Part shown: positions 46,907 through 58,019 of the stretch, piece after piece | Position numbering within the stretch: the stretch's first letter is position 1 | How the letters are laid out: each line of letters starts with the position of its first letter | Assembly: GCA_964036045.1 (NCBI GenBank) | Contig: OZ038378.1 | Coordinates: 182,218,001-182,282,000 of the forward strand | Length of the DNA stretch: 64,000 nucleotides | Direction of reading: 5' to 3' | DNA from: Eutreptiella sp. 'Long Island Sound 2002' | Lineage: Eukaryota; Protista; Euglenida | The notes under the pieces: model-generated | What the model was told of the DNA's origin: nothing | The model's input: the letters and a program-made list of their open reading frames with translations, nothing else | The model's database searches: none | Translations under genes and position numbers: made by a program

Positions 46907-47197
46907 CACAATGTCATACGGAGCACTGACGGGGACGATGGCGCGCACCCTTGACAAATCCCAGTGGTCGGCCTCTGGCAGGGGCGGAATCTGGTCTTTG
47001 AGGGGGGGGCTGGGTCGAGGGCCGAACTGAGGAGCCAGTGAGAGCGGCGGCGCAGGTGGACGGTTGACATAGAGTGGAGGACCGACAGCAGATTCCAAAG
47101 GCACGTTGCGGTCCGTGTACCAGCGCCGAAGCGCCAGGCAAGTGGCTGTGAAGAACGACACATGCGGAGGGCTCTTGGGGAACCAGCGGCATGACCT
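46907..47197 (-). CDS. ICME-like: ICME-like hydrolase exon 5 of 8
   Basis: acacAG|AGG..GTG|GTatgc; RSCRWFPKSPP..WDLSRVRAIVPVSAPYDIV; 291 nt, phase 0/0. Confidence 0.85.
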
Positions 47198-48095
47198 CTG
47201 TGTGTGTCTGGACTGCGGTGTGTGTCTGCATGTGTGCGTGTGTGTGTGTGCGTGTCTCTGCCTGCGCCCCGTGTGCTCATGAATGCTTGTGCATCTACAC
47301 TCACTGAGAACTTCACGATGTGTCCAAGAAGTGCCCCCAAAAGGCCCAAAACGCCCCACAATCTGAGAAATTTGGCGTGGGTTGGGGCAGACAGCCCCAA
47401 ACCAAGGACAGGCCGTATCTTGGGCTATGTGGCTCGAAACGCGATTCTGAGGGCACCTAGAACGCCCACGACCCCGCAGTTTTTGTGGTTTCCACCCCGC
47501 AATATTACCCACAAGTACGGGAACGGAGTGGAACAGATCGACAGTTGCTTCAAAAAGCACAGCTGGGGTTTGGCATCTCGCCAATCTCGGCGCTGGCTGG
47601 CGCAGAATCTGAGTAGAAATTGTGCACTCGACCTCGTTATTGCCCAGAGCGGCTCTGCAAAAATTACCCCTGAGCGCCCTGCTGGATCGCCATGCCACGG
47701 CGTGGAGTAGACGAGGTTATACTTGAAGTCGTCGACCGAACTGCACCAAAGACACGGTCCGTAGGTCTAGGTACCTGCCTTGAAAACCGTGTTCTTTCAA
47801 TTCCGAATGTGAAACATGGGCCACATCTGGTTGTGGTATATCATCTCATTGGATGACACAGCCGCGCCCGTAAAATCGGTTGACTCCGTGCGACCTGGCA
47901 GCCTTGCCTTCACCTTCCGAGGCTCTGGCCCACCCCTTCGCCCAGGGGAATGAGTCCTGAACCTGCCTTGGATAGGAGTCCTTGAAAGGAAGAACGGTAG
48001 CCGCAGGTGCAGGTGGTTTCCGCGTTGATACCTGCGATGCACGTGCGCGTAATCCCTCGCTTCTCTACTTCATCGCCGCTGCATCGCCTCCGCAC

Positions 48096-48220
48096 CTCCC
48101 CCTTCCCCGGTCTAGCCCAAGGCTTTCGGCAAAGCGAGCAGCCAAAATGCTGCAGCGCAAGGCGCATGCCTTTGGGCATGAGTAGAGCAAGGTCGAGGGT
48201 TCCCTCCACCAAAACAGAGG
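48096..48220 (-). CDS. ICME-like: ICME-like hydrolase exon 4 of 8
   Basis: atacAG|CC..GAG|GTgcgg; (A)SVLVEGTLDLALLMPKGMRLALQHFGCSLCRKPWARPGKGE; phase 1 to 0 links exons 3 and 5 and gives GHSAGGHLAS. Confidence 0.8.
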
Positions 48221-48363
48221 CTGTATATTGATGCCGCGGGTGCTCTGCGAGGATGCTCAAGGTACCGCTTTCGGGTGTGTATGTGTGTGTGTGTGTTCGT
48301 TCATTTGTGCAGGTGCGAGACAGGGTCACTTCTGTGGCTTTGGTGCCCTACGATGGAGCATAC

Positions 48364-48552
48364 CCAAATGACCTCCTGCGGAATGCCCCACCAGATAAAT
48401 GCGATTGGGATCACCCCCGAATGCACCGATATGCTGCACAACCCAGTCCAAGACGTGCGACAGGTCCTCCACCATGTCCACCATCGTGCCCGAGGGGTAC
48501 AGGGTGTAGTTGGGGATCACTGTCACGACCCCGTGCCGTCGCATCGTGTCCC
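48364..48552 (-). CDS. ICME-like: ICME-like hydrolase exon 3 of 8 (catalytic Ser)
   Basis: ttcttAG|GG..G|GTatgc; (G)DTMRRHGVVTVIPNYTLYPSGTMVDMVEDLSHVLDWVVQHIGAFGGDPNRIYLVGHSAGGHL. Confidence 0.95.
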
Positions 48553-49033
48553 CTAAGAAAGCGTCGCATGCGCACTCCCCACAACTCTGACAAAGCCAAT
48601 CCCCCGTTGGATACAGCAGCACTGCATCGGTGGGCGGGTCACCCACGGCACACTGTGTGAATGATCCTCCCCTCTACCCTGCCCTTCCTTTATGCAGACA
48701 GCGGTTATAGGCCTAAATGCTCGCTCCTCAATGCCTTGGTGACGTTTGTTGGGTGGCTGGTTTGCAATGCTTGGGGAAAGGTTAAGGCTCGGACAGGTCC
48801 TCCCCGGCTGAGCTGCCCTCCATATCCGTCCACACGGGGGCTTTCTGTCGCCAAGTATCCATTGCTTCATTGCCCAAGTCGCACTCAAGCCCCACAAGCC
48901 GCCGTAGCCCCACAGCCCCACACTTGACAGAGAAGGAGGAGCGGGAGCAGACCAACCGTGCGGCTTGGACAACAGGCTGGCTACTCGGGTCCCGAAAACC
49001 GCAGGGATAACAAAACAACCGCATGTTTTCGAG

Positions 49034-50045
49034 GCTGGAACATGCGCTTTGGACTCAACCTGCTTCAGCTCAACGGGTGCGGCAGCTGCATGCTGCAGAT
49101 TATGATTGAAAATATTTGCAACGTCCACCAAATTGCGGCGCCTTCCGGGGCTCACGAGTCAATCATAAGCCATTGTGGTCAATAAGCTCTCCCCAGCACA
49201 ATCTACTGAAACAACTCTTTCTTGGGGGGAAAAAAGGCAGTCCCCCCCCCTTTCATGACGTCACATGAATTTCGTGTAGGGAGGAGGGACGATATGCAGG
49301 TCATCGGTGTAGTGGTACATAGTGGTAGTAGCGGTATGTCGCTTGTTTTGATCAAGAGCACGTCCTCCATCGAGTCCAGGTTTTGTTCCGGGTTTCTCTC
49401 TTCGAGGTGTGCTGGGGTGGGGAGGCCTGAGGTTTGTGGCAAGTGGAGGTCTGAGAGGTGCTGCGGTCGCGGTCCCCCCACGTGGGGTCCATGGGGCAGA
49501 TTTGAGAGCACACGCATTCACCGGCGGTCGGTACGAGTGGTAGAGGGTGGCAGAGTTCAAGGTGTGGATTTGTCGTCAGCCCAAGGGACGGCAAGCCTCA
49601 TTCAGTCTTCCAGGACCAGTGCTGAGGGCTGAGACTGGGGGCTGGGGCTGTGCCTTTGTGCTTTGTGCCATAGCCATGTACGCTTGCCATAGTCGCAGCT
49701 CTCCCATGTGTGAGATAGGGCAATGGTACATCGTGGTGGTGGGGGGGGGGGGCGGTGGCGCGTTGTGGTGTGTGTGGCACGCCCATTGGCCAAACGACGG
49801 CCTGTCCGAACCGCATGCGCTGCTGTTTTCATCACCTTTTCGGAACCGCGGACGTGGCTGTCCTTTTTTTCTGTTGAGGATGTGCAGCATCGCATTGTAC
49901 ATGTTCTGCACCTTCCGTGCTTGCAGCTGCCGCACCCGTTGAGCTGAAGCAGGTCGAGTCCAAAGCGCAGGTGTTCCAGGCTGAGCCCCGGAAGGCGCCG
50001 CAATTTGGTGGACGTTGCAAATATTTTCCATCATATTCTGCAGCA
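49034..50045. repeat. Pair of about 125-bp inverted repeats in circularly permuted order within ICME-like intron 2
   Basis: Left: A (49034-49091) then B (49092-49154). Right: rc(A) (49919-49980) then rc(B) (49982-50045), each roughly 90% identical by eye. Confidence 0.85.
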
Positions 50046-50177
50046 CGCAAGAGCACACAGCCATGCCCACATTCGTTCGTGTTTGACCTTCTCTCGTCCC
50101 AAGCCTGTCCCCACCCCCCCCCGGGTGCTGTCAGGGCGGCGCACGGCAAGCAGCGCAAAGGATGCTTTGGGCCATAC

Positions 50178-50426
50178 CGATGAGGGCATACTGGACTTTG
50201 TCTCCTTCGCTCCAAATACCACCATAAACAAAAACGACCACGGGTCGTAGCGGTTGCATTGATCCGTGAGGGATGTAGTGCACGTCCAGTGCGTTTTTGC
50301 CCTCATTGTTGGGGCTGCCGTACACAACATCCTTCTTGATTGACGCCCCGGATAAGTAATAATAGTGTATGATACGCAGGGCCAAAGGGACCGATGTGAG
50401 TTGAAAGTACAACAGCAGTAGCAACT
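50178..50426 (-). CDS. ICME-like: ICME-like hydrolase exon 2 of 8
   Basis: ttgcAG|AG..G|GTatgg; (K)LLLLLYFQ..IIHYYYLSGASIKKDVVYGSPNNEGKNALDVHYIP..PVVVFVYGGIWSEGDKVQYALI (VVYG..LDxY, oxyanion YGG.W). Confidence 0.92.
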
Positions 50427-50576
50427 CTGCAACAATCAACAGAGGTTTGCAGAAATCAGCACAGGTCAACACCAAACCCCACCAAAGACACACCCCAAAG
50501 ACCATGCAACCAGGGTAGACGTCATTTTAGCAACGGCGTGGTGCAGTATCTCGGTTTATCTGGCGCTGGGTCTCAC

Positions 50577-50616
50577 TCAGACAACAACAGACTAAGCAAA
50601 GAATCTTTCCACTCAT
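50577..50616 (-). CDS. ICME-like: ICME-like alpha/beta hydrolase (prenylcysteine alpha-carboxyl methylesterase-like), exon 1 of 8; gene spans 50616 to 39263, 1341 nt, 446 aa
   Basis: ttcAG|ATG; encodes MSGKILCLVCCCL; donor A|GTgaga, phase 1 matching exon 2. It could instead be an internal exon. Confidence 0.6.
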
Positions 50617-50792
50617 CTGAATCGGACCCAACCACCCATCTTGGGCAGTGGCTGGCTGGGCTCATTTGTACTGCTGCTGCGACCCGGTCTTGTGGTTGAG
50701 GCGACGCAGAGGCGGTTGCGTTATGCCTTTCGTCAGCACACAGACATACCACGCACGCCACACCTACTGCGCAAACCACCCCAACGACGCAC

Positions 50793-50794
<2 letters not shown>

Positions 50795-50832
<38 letters not shown>
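50795..50832 (+). repeat. (CA)19 microsatellite
   Basis: Directly visible. Confidence 0.95.
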
Positions 50833-50837
<5 letters not shown>

Positions 50838-50976
50838 CGCGAGGGAAACAAATGAACCAACGACAACAGTGTAGATGATACGGAGCACAGTAGGGCACAG
50901 TGAGCACAGGACACAAGTCTCCAAACACCTCATCAGGCCATACCGAACGAAGACATTGTTCTGAGGCTAGGCGCCC

Positions 50977-50990
50977 CACACACACACACA

Positions 50991-51059
<69 letters not shown>
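50977..51059 (+). repeat. Compound (CA)n/(CGCA)n microsatellite
   Basis: Directly visible. Confidence 0.95.
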
Positions 51060-51062
<3 letters not shown>

Positions 51063-51315
51063 GTGAAGGGGATCAGAGGACATCGGAAGCGCACCGTTAG
51101 TGAGGGCGAGAGTATGCGAGCATGACACTGATCACCAAAAACAAACTCATCAGGCCATTGAAGACAAAAAGTAGGCAAGGTCCTTTCTCCAACAGGAGTA
51201 CAGTTTGAGGAAGCACACTTATCACAGGCACTGCTGGTCACATCTGGCACCTCTAACTGATTGGCCCTGATTAGCCTGGGGTTGTGAGGTTGAGACTAAC
51301 TGCCTGCAGCGCTAC

Positions 51316-52573
51316 TTACATGTCCACTCGTATCACGGCGCAAATCTCTGGAGATAGGACATCCTCCCACTGTGGACACACGTGGTCAGGGTGGCGCACT
51401 GTGGTGGCATGGGAGAGTAGGAGGTTCCAGTCAGAGCACCAATCTCCTGAAATCCCATTTGGAGACAGGGAAAGAGGGAGAAACCAGTTGCTGTACTTGT
51501 CCCCCGCCCAGTGTGCCTGGCGACGTATCCATCCGGCGCAAAACGTTAGGTGACAGCAGTGGGGCATAGGGAGGTGAGGGAGGAGGGAGTACATGAATCG
51601 CACTGTTTGTGCCAGGGTGTTGGGGCTTGTGGCCAGCGCTCTGGTGACAGCCGAGTGTGCCGCACGGGCTACCTGTTTATGCTGGTAACCGCTCAGTAGA
51701 GCTATCTGTAACCATGCGCCCAGTGAAAGCATTTCCCCCGCCCATGTATGGCACCAGTGACGGGCGTTGCTCAGAGCGCCCGTGACAATACCTGCCAGGT
51801 AAGCGAGGTACGCAAGGGGCGGGGACAGGAGGGGAGGTCGTGACTTTAGGTTCCACGCGCTATCCAGTGCACTGGGCTGGAGGTCGGCTACCCCCATACC
51901 TGAGTGGTGGCACACCAGTGCATATTCCAGGGCCACTGTGGCCGGCTTGTAGCAAGCATGCAAGCAGGGGCCCCTAGGATTCGACATGCAGTCACACAGC
52001 ACATGCAGGTTCTAGCTGGTGCGGAGAATGTCGCACACTGTCTGTATGATCAGGGTGGAGGGGGAGTCGTTGTAGGTGGACGCAACCAGTATGTTATCAC
52101 GAAACCGGCATAGTGTGATAATCCCATGGGGTGTCTCCCAAAACGGAAAGCCCGACTCAGAAATGTGTAGTGTCCCGAGTTGACGAAACAGGTGTCTGTT
52201 GCTGCAGACCCCCGACAGACTGTCCAGGTCGGCTCCTTGGGCCGAAAATGAACCCCCCATGGGGATACACCCGTGGCGAGACCACAAACTGCCGAGTGCT
52301 TTGATAAAGTTGTTGCAGTGCATTTTGAAGCTGATGGTATCCCTCATGGCCGTTTGGGAAAGGTACCAGAATTTTTTTGCCTTTGCACGCCCTGGGCGGT
52401 CCAGTTTTTTTGTGTCTTTGTGTATGGACCACTCCACTTCTGTCATTCTCCATTTTTTCCGTGCTGCCAGCCAATCAGAGGATTTTTGGAGGTGGTCGGC
52501 GACAACAGTGGGGCGGATATTGTTGAATTGGTCTTTGCAGTCAACCTCTGAAATATACTGGGCATTGATTGTG

Positions 52574-52664
<91 letters not shown>

Positions 52665-52790
52665 GTGCAAGCCACACAGGTCAACACAGGTTAAGGGAAA
52701 CGGGGGCATGGCGCATCGGACAATGCACCCCAGTGTTTTGGATCTCAAGGGAAGGCAGGGACGCGGCGGCCTATGGGGTCACCATACGAT
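51316..52790 (-). mobile_element. Penelope-like retroelement reverse transcriptase pseudogene
   Basis: 52574 to 51316 is one frame of about 419 codons with a single TAG (52014-52012): motif A EVDCKDQFNNI, motif B' GCIPMGGSFSAQGADL, motif C LCRFRDNILV, then a thumb-like region. Upstream of the (CA)44 tract are frameshifted RIVSY.DP..SKTLGCIVR residues (cf. PLE RPIVS..P..LSK.L..IL). Confidence 0.8.
52575..52662 (+). repeat. (CA)44 microsatellite inside the RT coding region, just upstream of motif A
   Basis: Directly visible. Confidence 0.97.
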
Positions 52791-53049
52791 ACGGAGCCCT
52801 CCAATCTACCTCCCCACCAAAACCATGGCGGTTGTAGCTCTTGTGACTGTTTCCAACAGCACTGAGCACAAGTGTTCCACTGCACCAAGGGGGGGGGAAT
52901 CATGAAGATCGGTACTAATCTCTTAAATACCGCATGCAATCCATTCTATGCTTGCACCCTCTGTGGACTGAACGTACCTTCACAACCCCCGAATCTACAA
53001 GGGACAGATGGAAAGAAGCGTGTGCTAGGGCTACAAAAAAAAACAGGTG

Positions 53050-54160
53050 ACTCATGGGGAAATGGGGGAGGGGGCTCAATGCCCAGGACCGGAATGGCAA
53101 TGTGGAAAAAGCGGGGTGCGGGACTGTGAACATCCACGGTGGTACTCTTGGTCGTTGTGCTGCACCCAAACACGAGCGAAAATCAGGGACTGTAGCGGCA
53201 CACTGCAAACCTTTGACAAGCTTTTGAAACCTCCACGGGACCCGGCCCGCTGCTTTCCACAAGGCTCGCCCCAATTGCAAGGCCGCCAGCGGAAGGATCA
53301 GCAGTATGAAGGGGAGCAGCGGCAACAACACCAGAACACTGAGGCTGCGGAGGAACACGACATACGCCGCCTGCACGGCACTGGACCAGCTCTGGTAGCA
53401 CAAGGCGGAGTTCGTGCTGTCACAGAGGGAGAGCACGCACGGTGTTCACGTGCATGGGGAGGGTCATTTGCTAGCAAACCCCAGCCGCCGATCCACACAC
53501 CCCCATGAGAAAAACTTTGCGGAGGAAAAAAAAAGAAACATATTTCAAGGGCCCGAAATTGGAGGCCAATTTCAGGTACAGAAAATTTTTTTGGGGGGGC
53601 CCTCAGAAACTCCCCCCTGCGGTGGGGGGGTTTTGCCACTAAGCAATGGCCTGTGCAGGAAGGGCCCGGACTTTTCGCCGAAATCCACCGGTTTCATATT
53701 TGAATTGCGCGATTGTGGATCCGAGTCCCGTGATTGTGAGGCCACTCTTTGCTTCCACACAGTGACTGTTGCGGACACTGGCGTCAAAGCCAGTGTGCAT
53801 GGTGCTTGAGCGATGTAAACAGGTAAGTGGTGGTGCAGGACTGGGGTGTGCCAGGTGGCGCATGACGTGCTCAATCAAGCGAACCGTCAAAGAGGCTGTG
53901 CTTTTGGCCACCTGCGGTGCATGGCACAAATCATGGAGGAGTGCCCCAGTGCTGCGGGGATAGTGGGAGAGCAGTGCGTTTTGCATCCATGCAGCAGAAA
54001 AAGAAGCGACCCGAAGAGGAAAGAAAGGGTGGAACAGACCTCCTGGGCTGATTGTATCACTGCCAACCCAAAGAAGAGCAGTACCAGTGGTTCCCAGGAT
54101 CCTCATCATCACTGTATCACGTGTATTGTCATAATGCAGGAAGGCGTTGGGGGTATGCAA
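53050..54160 (-). pseudogene. Probable N-terminal part of the same retroelement ORF (possible GIY-YIG remnant), interrupted by a MITE-like insert at about 53458-53651
   Basis: Protein-like blocks ..GALLHDLCHAPQVAKSTASLTVRLIEHVMRHL.. and ..WKAAGRVPWRFQKLVKGLQC..; same strand as and upstream of the RT. The insert has ends like the CAGTCATTTGCTTA TIR family. Confidence 0.4.
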
Positions 54161-55780
54161 TCATTTCCAAAACGGCCGGAAATTGGGTCCGTCGCCACAG
54201 AAAGCGCACAAGAGTCAACAACAGCACCAAACAACAATTATCAGTGTTGCCGTCCGGGTTGGTACTGGGTGCTGGGTGTCAGCCATGAATCACACACACA
54301 CAATAGTGGAATATTTGGTTCGCATGGATGTGGCATGGCGTGCAAATCACATCAACGCTAAATGTCAGCCATTCCTCCCCCTCCCCCCCAATAATTCCAT
54401 CCCTCACCCTCGAATGCCCTGCCAAAATATAGTTATCCTGACAGTGCACAGGAAATCGCTAGGTGTCAGAGCACCAGGAGGAGCTGGACACATTTCTGAC
54501 CAGGCTGACCTGGTGTGAATGGAGAATAAGGGGTGGCAGATGCAACAGAGCCAGCCCTGGTCAGCTCTACTTGGGAACCTGGGTCAACCGGATTCCAGCC
54601 CAATATATGGTGTAATCAAATGCACGAATCTTCTTATATTATAAACCCATGACCAGATGCTGCATTGGGTGTTGCAACGCGGCTGTCTGTGTACATGTGC
54701 TGCTACTGTTCCATGTTCTATGGGATGTGCACTAGATGGGATCATGCAAAATGACTACTGTATGTAAACCCATGCAACGTGCACCATGGTCCATCCTTCT
54801 AAAACAGTACATGGAAGGGTTTGTGCCTGTGGTATAGGGCCAGAATCATGTCCTTTTGCATCCCACTATCAATATGCTATCACAACATCCCTGACTACAC
54901 CCCTCTTGGCGGGCACCACAGGGTTCTTGAGGCTGCCGTCAATGCATTCCGCGCTTGTCTCAAAAAAAAAAAAAGGCCAGAAACTGCATATGCGCCTATC
55001 CCACACGGCCTACGCAAGCCCCACAGACCTGCGACCCGAAAGAACTCATGCGGCTAGAATTGAAAAAAATAGAAAAGTTGTTTTCTCGTTGGGACAAAAA
55101 GGGGAGGTGAAATGAAAGACCACAAGAACCACTCAACAACCGAGATGGCTATAGGAGGAGGTGAAGCATATAGCACCCACAGACATTTGGGTACCTTTAG
55201 CATGGGTCAAGCAATGAAGTCGTTGCACAAAGGGTGGCTTGAGAGGAGTGGAGACAATAGAAAAAAAGAGGAGAATGTGCTACCAAACATGCACCAACTA
55301 CAACGACTCGGCGAACACATGTTTCCAGATCAAATCAGACTTCAAGTCCAATGACTTAGGCTTTGCCCGGACACAAGCCCGATAAAGATTCCGCTTTAGG
55401 TCCTTGGTCAGGTCATCACGCACCAACCAACCCTACGTGCCCTTTGGATATCCCTAGGAGCCCTAGACTTGCTGCGCACAAATGGACACGTACTATCGGG
55501 TGTCATCATACGTGGTGGGGTCAGAAGAGGCAAAGGAGTGCGGGGTTGGTGGGGGGGCGTCAACATTGCCCTTCACCGACTGCCCATGTGGGGGCAGGCC
55601 CTCAAACTTGGAGGCTGGGGAGGGAGGAGATTCTCCAGCTTTTGGCTCCAAGGAGGGGGTGGTGGCAATACTGTCCTTGGGCTACGAAAGCGGACCCTCT
55701 TCTTTAAAAGAGAGGGGCGAAGTAGATGGGGGCGGGGACTTGGACTTGCAGGTCGGTGCGGGAGGAGATTCTCCAGCTTT

Positions 55781-56149
55781 TTAGCACGTCACGTCCTCCT
55801 CGAGTCGGATTGCTTCACAGATCAATCCTTTCAAAGGCATCAGGATAACATTGATGCCCTCCAACCTTCCCTGGTGGGCCATCACCTCATCAGAAATATG
55901 CAAGGATTGATAGCCACATGACCAACAATCTTTCTGGAAACCCAAAGCCCGAGCATGTATGGAAACCCCATTTTGTTGGAAGCGTTTCAACATTGGTTGA
56001 ATCAAGGAAGTCCTAGGCAGTGGCTCCCAAATCCACACTTTGAAACCCCATACCGCCACTGTGCAGTGAATGGCACAAACAAACTAGTGGAGCCCTTCAC
56101 GATTGTCACTATCAACAACAAATACGTGCCGCTGCCTCCAAGCCAAACC
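55781..56149 (-). pseudogene. Ulp1-like (clan CE) cysteine protease pseudogene, copy 2
   Basis: GLAWRQRHVFVVDSDNREGLH*FVCAIHCTVAVWGFKVWIWEPLPRTSLIQPMLKRFQQNGVSIHARALGFQKDCWSCGYQSLHISDEVMAHQG, colinear with copy 1; His, Glu, Gln and Cys retained; TAG at 56086-56084 where a Trp codon is expected. Confidence 0.8.
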
Positions 56150-56229
56150 ACCATGGGTTGCCTAAGTGGTGTTATATTTCTTCAATTTTTGTAGGCAGGA
56201 CATATGTCACCCATACTGCATAACCCTCT

Positions 56230-56520
56230 CAAAATAGAGAAAGGTTTGCCACATTCGGTTTTGTTTTCTGGTGTAGGTCGCGTGCACTTCTTTTTTGGAT
56301 GAAGGTTGCATGTACTTTTTTTTTTGGATGTAGGTCGCGCAACAAAAAAGCGTAAGTCGCACAATAAAAAGTGTACGTCGCATATTGTTTTTGTTTTTGG
56401 CGTAGGTTGCATGCCCATAGCATTTTCAAAAAATTTTCCACACACGACTTACACCCACCCGAAAAAAAATGCACGTGGCCCACACCAAAAAAAATTAGCG
56501 ACTTACGCTTGACATTTGCC
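56230..56520 (-). repeat. Terminal repeat region of the second protease-carrying element (GTAAGTCG / CGACTTAC units with poly-T/poly-A spacers)
   Basis: Same sub-repeat and same T-rich-then-A-rich order as 7870-8110, placed 5' of the protease ORF in both copies. Confidence 0.65.
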
Positions 56521-58019
56521 AGTCAAATTGATCCAAAAAACAGAGGGAGGGGGGGCATATTTTGTAGCCGAACATAGCACTATGCTGCACACAGGCATGG
56601 CCTCGGGTCACTGCTCCCGCCTTGGCATTACTGCCACAAGGGTGGGCACTAGCTAGTGCGTGGTCTCATGCCCGTGCGGATGCCAATATAAACCCCTGCT
56701 GGTCTAGGGATCGTGTCACGCACCTCTCCCAGGAAAAACGTAAGCCCTGCAAGCAGCGAGAAGTCTGGAAATGTGGAAGCCACCACGTTGGAGCGGCATG
56801 CAACGGTAGATGCCCACCCCTAGTCGTACTATGGAGCACCTGCTAACAATGTATGCCGTGTGCTCAGTGGCCACTTCCACGAACCCCCCACATCCTCTAA
56901 ACTATCAATCTATTGTCAGAACCGTCAGCCGTCGCAACTGTTTTGGTGGCTTGCCTGCGAATCAGCTGCCATTTCCACGTTGGACACCGATCTCCTCGGT
57001 GCTTGTGTGGGGGGCCGGGGAGCATCAAGGCTCAGCAAGCGTTCTGGTTGATACTTCCGGGAACACGCACTGATTTCAATTTGCAGGAGAAACTTGTCCA
57101 CATTGCTTGTCCAAAGACGGTGGGAAATAGACGGTGCGACGCATATTTGGTGGGTCAGAGTGGGACGGACAGCTATCCCTCGGCATACGCCTCTTGGGGT
57201 CCCTCCCATGGCGAGTGCCGGCAATGCGTCATCCGAAGTCTTTCCAAGACGACGAAGTTTGGAGGGTATATGGAGAGTGGAGAGGGGTACTCGGGTGGTG
57301 GTGGTGCAGGTGTACAGGGTATAAGACACATCAGCACCAGAGGGGCGGGGGGGGGGGGCATAGCATTGTTTTTGAGTGGTCCAGGACCGCAGGGGAACTG
57401 CACACCGTCGTCTTGGTTGTGTCTCCCACGCCTCGGGATCCGGAGTTTGACATTAAAGAAATACGCGTCTCGGATGGGCAGACCAAATTGGCGATGCGGC
57501 CACGTAGAGCGTAAACCAGTGCGCCGATGATGGCCAGGCAGCCCCCGATGTGGAAAGCACTTGAGTGGAGACCCTAGGAGCGAACAACAATGACAAGTGT
57601 TCCAGCCGGATGCTCTTCGTGCCAAGGTCTCAGCTGTTTAACTGCTTCCATATGATAGTCCTCACACGTCATTGAACCATCGACACGCGTTGAGTGCTTA
57701 CACTTGGACTCCAAAACAAAGCACCTTTACTGGCCATTCGGTCATTCATTCGTTGGTTGCGTGGCGACTTAAGCCGCGCGTATGAGGGGGTGAGTTGGCA
57801 TACGGTACATCCGCGATGGAGCACTCTGCACTCCGTCGACGGGAACAGATGCACACGGGCCCAACAAGAACTGCTGCCCAACTGCCGGCCAATAAATTAC
57901 CTATAATTGCTGGTCTGTTTTACAAAAGCTACGAATTGATGCCTATGGCCTGGAGGGGGACCAAACAAAAATGCGTATGGGCTGGAAGCCCAATGGGGCA
58001 GGGGTGACCAGATACATGC

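Noticed and set aside
39263-50616. Euglenid non-conventional introns
   Set aside because: All seven hydrolase introns and the three coiled-coil introns resolve as canonical GT-AG with consistent phases.
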